Below are positions 1-13,760 of a stretch of DNA of 64,000 nt, piece by piece. Position 1 is the first letter of the stretch. Each line of letters begins with the position of its first letter. The notes beneath the pieces are model-generated. The model was not told the origin of the DNA and searched no databases. It saw only the letters and a list, made by a program, of their open reading frames with translations. A program made the translations under genes and the position numbers. The stretch comes from Raillietiella orientalis (taxonomy: Eukaryota): NCBI GenBank assembly GCA_036172245.1, contig JAYWIR010000015.1, positions 372,001-436,000 on the forward strand. Direction: 5' to 3'.

Positions 1-448
1 TTCTTTGACGTGCTGTCAAAAGCCGTTTCGAAATGTCGAAAGACATTGCTTGGTCCAGTGTAAGAAAATAATAATGCAGCTATTCTCGCAGTTTATAAAT
101 GACATGCTAATGGATTCGACAGAAGTGCCAGGTATTTAGCGTCTCTTTCCTGACAGGATTAGACGCGCAAAACCAACAAAAATCAACCTGGAGACGTCAG
201 TGTCTCTGATGCATGCGCCTGACACAGTTATTCGATATCCTCAGCTTTTGTTCGTATCGAGACGAGGAGGCTTCTAGCAGCCCGCAGAACGTTTTCCCCG
301 CCTGGAACTCTGGACACCCTTCATACATTGGTACATGCCGTGTTTGCGCGCACATCGGGTGAGAGGCACGAAACACCTACCTACTTTCTTGTGTCCGCGG
401 TGATGTGTTTCTGACAGACTCGGGAATGGGGTTGAAGAGAACCATCGA

Positions 449-547
449 GATTTTTTTTTTTTGGTGCGTGCGTGCGTGCGTGCTTGTGTGTGTGTGTGAG
501 TGTGTGCTTACGGAACGTCGATTGGACGTGTTTTTTTTTGTTGTTTA
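449..547. repeat. Compound poly-T / (TGCG)n / (TG)n microsatellite
   Basis: Visible T runs plus TGCG and TG repeats. Confidence 0.85.
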
Positions 548-1299
548 TTTCTAAACATACAAAAAAGAAAAACAACAACACCGTCAGCTTGCATGACCAC
601 TGGGTATGCGAAAGTGGTCCTGGCGCTTCTTTCATTCTGAGGGTGATCTAAATTCCTATCCTTTGAGGATAAATTACGAGTTTCGTATTGTTCTGGTCTC
701 GTGGGTCGCCTCCGAAAAAACATGTTGCAACGAGTTGTTTTGAGGCAGAATGCTGACGGTAATTAATCCCTTTCGCCGCTGCAAATGGCATGTGGATCAT
801 TAAACAGGGATAATAAATGCTTTTATTGTACGCGTTTTGTTCTGGTAACACGCGTTGGAGACCTTTAATGACTCGATAAGTTATAAAGTAACATATTTCT
901 CATCCCGTCAGGAAAACACCTTTAGATTCTTTGGGGATAGTCTTTTTTTTTTGTTTTTTGCTCGAAACAAAATGTGGCCACACGACTTCGCTGGCGAGTC
1001 TTTCTGATTCTTCTAAGAGCTGACAACCATCATTACAAAAGGGCATAAAAGTTTTCGTTTCAAAGGGAAGAATCGATTATAAGTTGTTTGTTCTCCCTCG
1101 GGAAAGATGTCTCTGGGCGCCTCCAGCTATGATGAAAAGTCTTGAACATATATGTATACGTATGTATTGATGAGACTCCCACACCGTACACAGCAACGAT
1201 CGTTAGTTGTCAGAATCAGGAGCATTTTTCAAAAAAAAAAAATGACGAGAAAAAAGGCGAGGGAAGGGATTTTTTCCCTTCCCTCCTCCTTAGGATAGT

Positions 1300-4200
1300 C
1301 GCTTTCTCAGAGGAATGTTTGCTTCCTTTTCTCAAAGATTCCAGCTTAATTTGCGAGCGCCCCGGAAGGACCGGTGTGGGTGAGCTCAAAGGCACGAAAT
1401 CGGAGGACCTTTCCCGGAGAACCATGTTTTCGTCCGTTACCCTGTTTTGCTTTCTCTCGCTCTCTCTCTAGCGAATCTGGGATACCAACGCTTTCTCCCT
1501 GTCCATGTAGCCAGCTGCTCGGATAGGATGGTGCGCTTTGACACGAGCAGCTCGGGTGCGTGCACACGTCACCTCCTCGAGGCGCACACTGGAGTAACGG
1601 TCCCTACCATGGAGGTGGTGGTAGACCCCATGCGTTTCCATCGGCACGTCAGGCTCCCTCCCGTCACCACCTTCGATCCCAGCATTTCCTTCTGGTTCTT
1701 CGACCAGAAGGAAGCTGTTGCCCTCAGCCGTCTTCTACCTTTGCCAACTGTTTTTGTTGATCAAATTCTTCAGCCATCACAACACTACGAAATGTCCCTT
1801 GAGCCCTTCGCACGAGGGAGCCAAGCTCAAGGGGTGTTTTCCGTTTCCTGCAGCGAACAGAGGAAACACCCCGTGTCTCCTCCTCACCTGACTGACCTTC
1901 GTAGCATTCACGCGTCTCCTGCTTTCTGATTCCTTGAGAACAAGCCCCACATCGTGGCCGGCGCGTTCTTTTTGTGATCTCCGTTTGCAGCTGATGTTCA
2001 ATCGCGTTATGCCTAGAGTTGTACAGGGAAGACGGCTGAGGGAAGAGTTGTCCATCACGGAGCAGCAGCTCTTCGGTGCAACAGACACTCTTTCCTCTCC
2101 TTCTCCCTCGTTCCTTCTACTTCTCTTCCTTCCTCGGCCGTGCACGTAAAGTTCCCTGCAAAGACGTTTTCTTCGTGCGGTCGCATCCCCCAACTTCCCT
2201 AACTCGGTATCCTCAGCATCCTCCGGTCTAGAAGTAGGCGGAAGCTGGGGACCAAGAGCCCTGTGTTGCCACTATTGAAATTTTTCATTCTGTCCGTCGC
2301 AGGAGGATCCAGCTCTCCAGCGCCTCCCCCTAAAATCCGTTGGATGACGCCCAAGTGGTTTACGGAATTCTCCACGTACCCACCCCTCTGGCGGTACCAG
2401 AAGGAGAAAATCAAGCTGTTCCCTACAAGAGACCCGGACAAGGATCTCATGAAGACCTTGTACCAGATTTCGGACCGAAAGGATTCCAAAGTCCGACTGA
2501 AAAATACCTTGAGGGAAATCAAAGAGGACGGTGAGTTCTTCCCTTGCGGCGGAGTGGCTTGCATCCGCAACAGCAATGGGGCCCGATAGTTTGGTCTTGG
2601 TGTTCAACGAAACTTCTTGCAGAGCTCTTCACCAACGAGGTCTACCACTCGGAGGGCCTTCACTGTTGCGGCAAGGCAGCTTTCCTGGAACCCAGTTGGT
2701 GGTCTGTGATATGCGCCGTGGCGCTCTTCGTCCACGCACTGCCTGTTCGGTGACCAACGGGCAAAGCGGAACAGACCTCATCAAGTCGATAGCACTCCCC
2801 TTTCTCTGTGCATTCAAAGAAAGAAAGAAAAAAGGGAGGCAAGAACAAGAGAATCTGGAGCTATGCGAAAATCCCTCGCTCCCCCTTCTCATCTTGGTGC
2901 TCTCCCACGAGTTTCGGCAGTCTCAGAAAGCTAGTCAAAAGATGCTTCCGACCGCGAGATGTTCGACGGTTCAGTGCGAGGAAAAAGAATTATGAAGAGA
3001 TCACTGCTGTGTATCTTTCTCCGTTCCTGACCGCAAATAAATGATTCGGTTTTATTCCCGTGTCTCACCACAACCGGAAGTCGATCTTGCACGCTTCTTG
3101 GAGTCTTACGAGAAAAGGACTCTCCTTCCCTGGCCCAGCAATTACGCCAGCGCTGTCCACGGCTTCCCGGAAGCTTCGAGGCATTGTCGTCTCCCATCTC
3201 TTTGGACATGAGGTGTTCGGGAGCTCCGGTTTCCTATTTTCCTATCTGGCAGTTCGCCTTCTCCCCCCATCCTCTCTCTCTCCCCCCAATGGGTGCATTC
3301 TGTTTGCTATTTACTTAGGAGCCGAAACCGCGCGTCGGTGCGAGAGAGTGCGCAGAGCATCAGCTATGCAGTCGGCAGGGTAAAGTCTCCGCTCCGCCAT
3401 CTCTTCTCTACCAGGGCAAAAAAAAAAAAAAAGACAAAATGTTGCCGACCCGACCCGCAAGAATTCAGCCTGCCTACAACGATTCGCAATACCGGAGAAG
3501 CTACGGTGATTCGCCAAGGAGTTTATTCTCGGATTTGTCTGATTGAAACTGCAATGCTTTTTTTTTCTCTCTTTTTTTTTTTTTTCGAGTCGGATGACTT
3601 CCTTGATCTGACCGTTCGCCCGTGTGCCACGAAGGCGCTAAGTTTTAATTGCGGATCGCCTTCCGAAAGGCTCTCTCCTGACGTCCTACAAAAAGTGTGT
3701 GCGTAACACGCTGGAAATCCATCCAGAGGCTCGGCCGATGCCCCGGAGCACAGCTTCCTAAGGACCACAAGGTTTCGATTGCAGAGGAAACGGCTATGAT
3801 TCATCGAGAATGCAGGGCCTCTCCGAATGCTTCCGTGATCGGAGCGACTCGAGATGGAAGCCGATAATTGGCGGGCTCTGGCGACCGAGCAAGCCTTCAC
3901 CAGGGTTCCCATACTCTTCTAGGAAACCCATATTCCTTATCACTGGAAAGTGTCTCCGGAGATCCGTTCGGCGGAGGCATTTCTTTCCCCGCCAACCAAT
4001 ACTAGAGATTTCTAGGAAAGGCATCCAGAAGCCTCATGACGATCTGCACACCTTTTTTTCGCGGATGCCACTCCGGAAAATCCGCTGATAACGCGACTAA
4101 CAACTCATCCCGGGCTCTCACTGAGCCGCGTGTTCTGGCCGCTAATCCCGTATCCCGACCGAGCGCATCTTGAATTACGTCTGGATGCTTAATTGGATTC

Positions 4201-6100
4201 GGAAGGTGATCTTCCTTCCCTTCCACTGGGTACTTCCTAACCTCTGCTTCACTCCCTGACGCTCACGCAGGATTCTTCAACCACCCTCTGGGAGCTCTGC
4301 CTTCCATCTGTGTTTCTGAGTGCGCCGTGCATCGGAATGAGTGCTATCCTGCCGTGCACGCGTCCTGTTTGCCGGAGTGAGTGCAGTTCGCTGTGCACGT
4401 CAAGGAGATACGGGAGCTTCCATCCCGCAGAGCATAGCAGTCGGCGTCGTTCTCAATGAGGGTTCGAGAGTTCTCTGCAGGACCCGAACTGCAGCCTGGA
4501 CCGGAAGTCTTCCCGCTTCGACTTCCCGTCTTACCCTGCCCTTTCGTTCAAAACCTTTTTGAGGCACCCGAGCGCTCCTGCCGTTTTCTTGGCATCCTTT
4601 TCCCAGTGAGCAGGTTCTTTCCGTCCCCCCCTCTCCTCCCCCCCTCCATAGGCGCTCCCTGCTCAGAAGATAAACGCATCCTCTTTGTCGAGACATCCGA
4701 CCTTCATCCCATGTCTTCCTTCTCGCCGAAGAAATGGGTCTCAAGAACAGGGTCGCGTTACGTTCGTCTCCGGTTTGGGTGGAAACGAGCTGGAGATGAA
4801 CGGAACCCAACCTTGTCCATAAGGTCCGTGTCTTCGGCGAAGATGCAGCCGTAACCATGTTTCCAAAAACCTGGTAAAGGACAGATATAGTAGACCTGCC
4901 CGTCAGCAAATCGTCACGTGCCCAAGGTATTTGAAGCGCCCTCAGCTTTTCGCCCAGGAGATCCTTGGCTAAGAAAAAGTGCACTCGGGCGGTGAAGATG
5001 GACAAGTTTCGTCCCACAAAGATGGCTCTCCCCTCCCTTGCTGCTCATGTGGCTCCGTTACACAGAAAACTCTCCTTTCCGTGACGAGTTATCGCACAGG
5101 GATCGCTGTCTGCCTCGTTTCGTGAACTTTCGGGACAGAAAGGAGGCACCCCGCCAGCAAACACCTCGTATTGTACGTGGGTCACCCCGGTGCGCCAGTC
5201 GAGACAAAACAGGCAAGGAGCACCCGGACGGCGCCACTGGAAATGAGCGGATCCGCAGGAGTGGAGGGACCGAAAGCGCTCTGAACATCGTGATCCAGAA
5301 TGCCCCGGTTTTCATTCAGGCGCGCTCAAAGGGTCTGGGGGGAATTCTGGCTTGTCCTAGGGACGCTGAAAGACCGTTGAAAGAAGGGACGTCCAGACGT
5401 CCAAACGTGTCTCCAGGATCTCCGACAGGAGAACCTTCCAGCATTTCCCCTCAGTAAAGAGTGCGATGGCTGACGGCGGCAGAGCACTCCAGGAACGAAG
5501 CCACCGGGCGAGCAGCTCAGACAAGCATTTTTTCCCTATGACACCTCCAAAGAAACGAGTCGTCTGAAAAAGAGGGTAGGACGCGCGCACACCAGCTGAG
5601 CGGACTATTAGGAGGGTAACCCGGGGGGCGCGTCAAAAACAAGGGCTTCCAGGAAGACCGCAGGCAGCGTGAGGATAGGGAAGCTCCCGAAATCTGCCCT
5701 CCGATTCGAGAATAGCATCCCAGCGGGGCCTCTAGCCGCAACAAGCAAGCCGACGTCAGCGTGCCGACAGGTTCCTCCCTCCTGCTATCCGACAGAAGGC
5801 CGCAGTCTCGTCAGCGGCCGCATTGCGATGGCGACCGGCCATCAAAAGAAGAATCCCGCCTCCTCCAGCTTTCGTTGGCAGGACGCAGTGTGGGAAAGTT
5901 CCCGAGGACGACGCCTTCCCAGAGACTTAGGCAGCAGCCGCACCCGCGAACGTCAAGTTGTCCTCGAGTTCGAGACCTTTCACGGGCAACAGTGTGCGGC
6001 TAGGATCTCCTTGGAAACGCCATGTCATCCCTAGCCAGCAGAAGAGGATCCGCTATGCAGATCCTCAGGAGTAGAGATGGAAGAGGACGCAAAATCAGAA
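1300..6100 (+). mobile_element. Degraded L1/Tx1-like LINE relic A (near-complete ORF2 footprint)
   Basis: Degenerate ORF2 motifs occur in the correct order across frameshifts: post-endonuclease linker-like RDPDKDLMKTLY...LREIKEDG (2263-2589); LATEQAFTRV ~ LDxEKAFDRV (~3878-3907); VLFAGVSAV ~ LFADDT (~4362); AVGVVLNEGS ~ ASGxxLNxxKS (~4440); RFLGIL ~ RYLGI (~4585); MGLKNRVAL ~ LSLxGRVxL (~4735); zf-RVT-like PTGSSLL...RPHCDG..E...AVW (5761-5900). Confidence 0.72.
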
Positions 6101-7499
6101 AGAAAGAAGAGCTATTGAGATGAGATGCCGTTTATCGGAAGGCGAAGTGAGACTGGGCAGATTCGGAGGCTGGGGAAAGGAGCTGAGGAAACCTGGGAGT
6201 TTTTCGCTCCGGTGACACTCCTGAGATGCTGTCTGCCAAGTGTTCTCCTTTCGTCGCGAAATGAAGTCGCAGACCTCTCTTTTCGGCTTCCTCCTCCGAG
6301 GAGGAGGGAGCGATCACCCCGTGTCGCCAGCTTCCTCTCACTGACCTTGCTATCGTGGTCCTGGAAGCTGGGTCCTCGCGCTTTCCTATTCCTTGAGTGC
6401 GTCTCCTCCCCCTCCCCCCCACTCACACACACACCTTGCGGCTGACGCGTTCTTTGCGTCATCTCCATCCGTCCACCACGGGGCAACAACTCATCCTGCA
6501 TCTTCGGTTCAGCAAAAGCTCCTCTTTCTCCCCTCTCCCTTCCTCCTCCTCCTCCTCCTTTTCATCATCACCATCTTCTCTTCCTCCTCCTTTTCCTCAT
6601 CAGCAGCATCACCAGCATTAGCATCCCTTCTCTCACTCACGTCTCGGGGGCTCGGAAATTTCGCTCTCGTGTTCTCCTTCTTGCTCCCCCCTGCTGATGA
6701 CCCCTCCTCCCCCTGTCTGTCACTTCCCTGTCTTCTCCCCGCCCGAAGCTTTCGTGACTCCTCTCGAGCTACGGAGAACGCGGAAGTGGTCCGCACCCTG
6801 CAGCAGCCACCGCTGCAAATGTTCTCTCCGGGATCGCGATAGAGGCACGGGAGGATTCCTCCCTCTTCAAGACGGATTCCGGAAAGAAAAAGGTAAAGCA
6901 GTTCTCGGGCGAGTTTTCCCGAAAGGAGTAGCGGCGCTCCTGCCCCCCTCCCTCTTCCCCCTTGGGTTGCCACCCCTCCTGCTCTATGCAGGAAGCCCGG
7001 AACTTTCCCAGGGGACCCTTCCGGAAGGCCGCCTCCCCCTTTTTTCCTTTGTCTCTCCTGCTCCCGGGCTACCTGTTTCCAGCTCCCTCCGGCGGCGGCG
7101 CAGGACTTCATCGCGAGAGAGCGGGGGTGGGTGGGAGGTCAGGGGCGGTGTAGCGAGGGAGGGGGAGAGTGGGAACCCGAAAGGGGTTGCTCACGGCGGG
7201 GCGCAACCTCCAGACCCGCGAGGGAGGCGCCCGCAGGTGCTCTGCTCCGAGGGGTCGGTCGGTTTCCAAGGGCGACCGAACGGCTCGCAGCGGCGGCCGG
7301 TGCCGCACACTCCCGTCCTACTCCCCCCCTCCTCTGGGAACGGGGGTTTTCGCTCCCCGCGCCCCCTTCGAGGCATCCTGCCCTCGTGCGCCCTCTGCCT
7401 TCGAGGAAATTCAGGGGTCTCCTGCTGAGATGGGCTGCGCTTCCCCAAAAGGGGCGGGGGAGGAGGAGCTCCTCTCCGCCCCCTTCATTTCTCCCCGCC

Positions 7500-10400
7500 T
7501 CGAAAGGGGGGGGACAGGGTCTCCTGCGGAGGCTGGGTGCGCGGGGCGCGTAACCTGACCCTGCGCACCCTGTCGACGCATTTCTCCGCCGCCAGTTTTT
7601 TCTCGAGAGTCGGCGCCAGAATGCGGCTCCCTCCCCCCTCCCTTCTCTCCTCTCCACGATCCGGCACTCGGCTCTAGCTGTCCCTCGCATTCTGACTCCA
7701 GCGCCGGAGCGAGGCGCTCCCGAACAGGCTGGGTTGGGCGTGCCGGCCTTTCCAGGTGCTCCCGAATCCGTGGAGGCGAGCGCAGGAATCGGCGCCTCCC
7801 CCCCTCTCTTCCAAGTCACAGAGGGCACGCGTGGCTGCCTCGACCCTCCCCCTCTTCTTCCCGCTCGGGCATTCGTCGAGTCCTCTCCTGTAAATCGCTC
7901 CGCCCCTCCCCGGGATCTCCCCATGAAGCGCATGGCAAATTAGGAGGAGCGTGAGAAATTCGGAATGCCGTCTCCCCCCTCCCCCTCCCTTCGAAGTTTA
8001 ACGGGATTGCACCCTTCGGCCCTTCCCGGAGGCGGGCCGTCGCCTGCGAGTCCGCAGCGACGCCCCGCGGCTCTCTCCCTCAGAGCGTCCTCCCCTCGGC
8101 GGTCCTCCCTTTCATCTCGCCCCGCTCGGAGAGACATGGTTTCTGCGGGAGGCGGCGGGAAGTAGAGCGGTTTGCGCGCCAGCGACTGCGCGTCCCTCTT
8201 CACTCCTACCTCCTCCTCCTTCTTTTCCCTTTCTCATCGTCCTCGCCTCTCTCAACGGCAGCAGCGGCCTCGTCGGTGCCACCCTCATCATCGGCATCAT
8301 CTCCTCCTCTTTCCCTCCTTCTCCTCCTCCTCTGCACCACCATCTTCATCAGCAGCTCCCTTCCTTCGGAGTGCCCCCTGGAGTCGACGTCGTTCCCCCG
8401 GGGAGGAAACTCGGTGGTCGCCTCCGGGCCCTGCTGCGAGGCTCAGCCCGGTTTCACCTCGGAGAACACCCCACTCTCCAAGGCAACGAGAACACCCGGC
8501 AAACGTCTGACTTAGGTTCCCTCGTCTGGATTCGGAGAAACGTGCGGTCCGTTTCCTCGGGGAAGTTCGAAGTCGGAGGTGCAGAGGTGACCCCGCCACC
8601 CCGCGGAGTGGGGGGACTCACCCTTCCCCTCCCCTCCCGGACAGCAAAACATCCGACTCGGCACTCATCTCTCCGCTAACACCCTCCTGGTGGCTCGGGG
8701 TGACCGGAGAGGCAGGTGAGGCTACCGAGGGCAGGGGTCGCGCCTCCCCGAGCAAGAGCGGCGGCGGCGTTACAGCTGGATGACGACAGCGGAAGGAGAA
8801 GGGAACACCGGAGATACACCAACCCCTTCTTCGCATCCCATCCTCCAGTTACTGTGCATTCCTGCCTCGAAACTGAGAGCCCTCGGCAGGAGGAAAGCCG
8901 CGTCCGGCGCTGGGTTCGTCTCCTTCCATGAGCAGCCTCTCCTCGCTCCGGTCGGGAGTCCCTCCGAGCCAGCTCCGACCCCCTCCTGCTGCTGCCTGGG
9001 AAGCCGGATCGAATCATTCGGATCATCCTTCTCCTACAGGGAAGGCCGGTCTCGGAACGGGAGCCGTGGAGGAGATGATGGACGGGCGCGCAACAGAGCG
9101 AGGTCGAGGTCACCAAGGCGCCCTTGACCTTTGCGTTCCAATGGACGGTTCTCGGTTCCCCGCGTCCTGCTCCTGCTCCATCAGGGAGAATCCCTCGCAG
9201 CATCCTCGAAAGAGGATCCAAGAAGGTGGAGGAGATGTCTGCTCTGTTCTCATCTGTCGCTGCTTTGGACCAGCGCGAATCCGCCCCATTACCGCTTTCT
9301 CCTGTTTGCCGGGAACGCCGTCCTCCGCGGCGTCTCGACTGAGCCATGACTCCCATCCGCCTGCTGACCAGCAGCAGCAGCACCTCCGTCCTCCCGATCT
9401 TCTGCAGCGGCCTTTCCGCCGCATGTCTTGCCGCGAGCCTCCCACGCTGCAACGCCACGAGTCACCTTCTTTGTTGGTGCAGCCAATCTAGCCTCCGAAT
9501 ACCACGTGACCCTTCCATCTCCGGAAACGGTCACGTCCGCAAACAACGGTCCTTTCGGAGCTGCTGAAGCTATGTCCCGGACGTGTGTGAAGGAGCACGG
9601 CTTCTCGCTGCTCCGAGACTGGGGAGCGAGAAGCGCCGTCGATCTTCCTTGGCTTCGCGCTGCGCTTCCGCCACGTTCTCCGAGAACTAGGGAAAACCTC
9701 CATCCTCCCTTGTTTTCCATTCGTCCATCCCGAAGCATCTCTCCTCAGCTCCCGAACCTATAGCTATCCAGGCTGCAGAAATTCTCCAAATACTCCTGAC
9801 GATGGGGCTCATCCCATGGAGGCGGGTTCTTGCTTCCGTGGTTCCAGCGCCGAAGATGGCTCATCCCTGCTTCATTTCAGGCCGGAAGATCTGCTTCTTC
9901 GGTAGAGGCAAAGCAAGCAGCTCACCATTTGAAAGACTGAGTGCTGCTCTGAAAAGACCAATATGAGTGGCCAGAGTTTGAGGGTCGATGGTTCATCAAC
10001 ATGGTTTGCAACCAACGCCGCTGCGCATAGGATGGAAGCTGCATCTTTCGGTAGCAAAAAGGAAATGAACCCTGGCCGCAAAAGGAAACTTCTAGATAAC
10101 TCAAAGAGTGCTGTAGCACGACGAACCCATTGATCCGCTTAGTCTTCCTGGTTTCCTCCAAGACTTTGGAGTAGAGCCGGTGCAAAAATTTTCCTTGCTC
10201 GTCTTCCTTTCTCCTCCCCTTTGTGGAGGCTCAAATAATGGACCTTCTAAAGCATCATGGATTCAAAATTGGCTTCGTTGCTGTTCAAACTGCTGTGGGT
10301 TTCAGGTCCACTGCTGGATGCACTCTGGGTCCATTTTCGGATGCTTCAACCACGATGCTGAGGGAAAACTGCGCGTGCGAGTCTTGGCATCCTTGCTCAC

Positions 10401-13035
10401 CTGGACAGAGAGCACCCTTCACTCTTGAACATCAGCCATGTACCAATCCTTTTACCATCATCAACGAAGCTGGCGAGGTAAAGAAAACTGCGGAAGCCGT
10501 GGAAAACCGGTCCTCAAAAGATTGGGAGTTCCTTACGAAACTCCCAATCTTCTGAGCAATCACTGAGGGACCAGCTAATGAAATTCTGCTTATTCGAACC
10601 ACATGAAGAAACTCTGCTTGTGTCTCACAGTGGAACAATCACGGTTTACGTGACAGGAAGCAACACGACGACTAGAAGTCGACTCGTCTCCATGAAATGG
10701 AAAGTCTGGATGCGGTCAGTGTTCGGGTTCACCGTCCAACGGTGATACCTTCCAGGATACAACAGTCACGTGTACAGGGAGTGCAAGATTCCTGCGCATA
10801 CCATCATCGATCCTCCCGTATTGATTCAGAGCAACCAATTCCTCCAGAGTGTGGTTCGTTAACACCTCACCGTATGTCTCTGATTTGCACGCCCAGATGC
10901 AACTCAATGAATCAACTGTGCGAATCCCTCCCAGCCACGTGCTGATCACTCGCAATATCCAGGAGTGCGAGTGAATTCTTAGAAAGTGGCTCAGTGGCCA
11001 CTGACAAGGTAGCTGTCAGGCATGGGAGGCATCTCCACATTGCCGATGTACTAGAGTGTGCATCCAGGTTTCGAAGAACGACCGAATGATTCCGTCACAT
11101 ACCACTGCAGTTGTGAGATTGGGTGTTCTCGTGACAGTGACAGATTAAAGAACAACGCGTGTCCAAGTTCGCTCGCTCACCGACATACTAGCACATGTTC
11201 GACTCTGACGTCAAGTTCGTCAGGTGAGAGTCACCAACATGACGCAGCATGATGAAGTTTCATCCGACACTTGACAAGGATGCGTCTTCAGCAACTCCGC
11301 TTGCAACAGTGCTGAAATTTTAATGAACGTTTTCAAGAACGGAAATGGAAGCAATTCGCAGTTATCCACGACTTCTATTAGAATTAGTAGTATTGAAACC
11401 GGATTACTTGGGGGGCGGGAGGGGAGGGGGGTTACTGAAACTTGTTACAACAAACATGCAAAAAAAAAAAACAAAGGAATTCAGAGTGGGACGTTGATTC
11501 CTGTCAAAGTCAGAAGAGTTATCTATGAGCTGGCGACAAGCTAGCAGAACTTGCTGGTGAAGACCACCTCGGCGAAAGAAGGTAAGGGGCACTCAATAAA
11601 GAAGTGAAAAATCATAAAGCTGTTTACGTGAGAGGCAGAGGAAAGAGGCATCCTGCTGGAGTCCTCTGCATCCTATGCAGAATGCCTACAAGGCCACCAG
11701 ATGCGGCCATCCCGTTGTCTCCCTCAAGGAGGAAATCGCGATGAGAGTGGACTCGCTATTGTGCTACCCTCTTTCGGCAGCGCCTCGTGATGCGGCCAAG
11801 TCGCAAAGGCAGCAGAGAGTCGCAACCGCCGCGGCAGGCGGCATTGCGCTGCGCTCGAGGATGTTCTCCGACGTGTTTTTGCGGTTCCCCCAGGGAGAAA
11901 GACACCCATTCTTCGGGAAGTAGCACAGTCGCACAAGGAAGTGAGGTTAGGATTCCGCCCCTCTTCGTTCGGGGCAGTGGGTAGCCAAACTTGAGCTGTG
12001 GTTCAGAGGAGCGCTGCAAAGGAGACGCCAACGCAGAGGCATTATCGACGAGTGCAGCCACTTCACTCACAAGTGCGGAGCTGCTTGGGAGTTCCGCGGG
12101 GATCTCCAGGTCTTCCGGGGAAATTCCGAAAAACGGAAATAGCCCGGAGGAATCGTCCTTTGGGACAGGTACTTGGTCGGTATCTCCGCATCGGCAAGTG
12201 GTCACGGGCCGTTCAACCACCAGCTTCTTGTTTGCCATGTCCCTGCCAGTCGGATGCCGTCACGGCCCGCTCGTAGGGAGAACAGCGCAACGGAAAAGGG
12301 GGTCGTAAAGGAGGTGCGGACCAACTTCCGCAGATGCTGCGCGATGTCCTCGAGCAAATCCGCCGAGACGTCGGCATCCACGTTTCAGGTCCGTCTCTGA
12401 GAACTCCGCCCACTGACACATCGCTTTAGTTTAGAGTTTGGAAGCTTTGTGTGCAAGCGATAAATTAGAAGGAAACCAGGGAAAGACATAGGTGTGGACT
12501 CATCTGCAAAGTCGATTTGTGATTTTATAATACGACGATGTGACCTTATGAGGCCCGTGACCTTATAAGAAGTAGCCCACAGGTCTTTATTAGTTTGCGC
12601 ACTTTTCTGTTCAAGCACTCCCAGCTGAGTCCGAAGGGATCTGAGGAGTGGGAAATCCAAAACCGGGAATGATTCTTCTCCTTGCATTTCTGCACATACC
12701 GGAACAGCCTCCCGAATTCTTGCGAACCATTTAAAGAAAAAAAAAAAAAAGGCACAGGGCTTTGAAAATTCGATGGATTGGATCTTATCTGAACTGCTGG
12801 ATCCCGGATTTTATATTTCCATCTGATAGGCTAATTGCTAGAGCAATCAGTCAAATTAGAACTTTAGAAATTTATCTGATGGCTGGAGCAACTTCGGAAG
12901 CCCAGTGAACACGGCGATGGGGGAGTGTTGGCTTAATTAATTTTCTGACTCGGAAAGCGAACAATTACAATCTCATAAATCTTGTGCTGTGAGATGAAAG
13001 CTCCTATGAATTTGATTTCAACTTCGGGGAAGAAA

Positions 13036-13127
<92 letters not shown>

Positions 13128-13760
13128 GGGAGACTTGTCTTTGTGAAAATGATGCGTGGAGAAACAAAGAGAGCCGAAATTATGAGAAGCCGTTTCTCTT
13201 CGTACAAACCTTTGTCTCGCACTTGAGCAGAGTGATGGCCTCTTCCAGCTGTTATTTTTGCGGCATGATTAGGCATCGGATAGAGACAGACGGTGTGTCA
13301 AGACTACGGTGTTTTTAAAGACTCTATCAGATCAGAAGAGACGGTCACAACTTCCATCGATCCACCACTTTCCTTCGTTACGTTGATATCGGAGTACCAG
13401 TGTCGTCTTTCGGGGTCCCAATCATTTCGAACACTAAATCACTTTGAAAAGGAACGCCGGTCGGTCCTGCGTGGATGTAACTCGAAACGAAACGCGCAAG
13501 GCACTCCGACGCCGCTGGAAGCTCCAAAGAGGCGGGGAGAAGGCTTGCAGGCCACTTGTACTTTGGTGGCTGCTTCAACCCCGAAACACGCGGTCCGTGT
13601 TTTCCTGGATGCATCTAAGAACATCCGCTGCGCGCATATTCGACAAACCCTCCGCGTGGTGAAAGACTTCTTCTGCTTGGAAGAAGCGACAGCCAACAGG
13701 TCCAATGCGAGCGGCCTCGAATACGTCCACGACATCGGATCCCAGGGGGGTGTTTGACCC
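7500..13760 (-). mobile_element. Degraded L1/Tx1-like LINE relic B (EN-RT-thumb, probable zf)
   Basis: Minus strand, in order: EN-like KDLWATSY...KSQIDF (12385-12687); VLTNHTLEELVALNQYGRIDDG ~ LANRL...NQxGFIxGR (10716-10955); PGEQGCQDS ~ GVRQGCPLS (~10378-10404); LLPKDAASIL...SSGLK ~ ADD/SGLK (9872-10081); VTWYSEARLAAPTKKVTRGV ~ W..L..PK..GGLG (9289-9738). The 3' part in GC-rich 7.5-9 kb is less certain. Confidence 0.72.
13038..13125. repeat. (CA)44 microsatellite
   Basis: Uninterrupted CA dinucleotide run. Confidence 0.98.

Noticed and set aside
6393..9763. Dense long ORFs on both strands
   Set aside because: Expected from about 65-70% GC, which gives few stop codons. The peptides are R/P/S/G-rich with no coherent family signal.
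12933..13276. CVCVCV ORFs (and IYIYIY ORFs at 18914-19290)
   Set aside because: These are translations of dinucleotide microsatellites.
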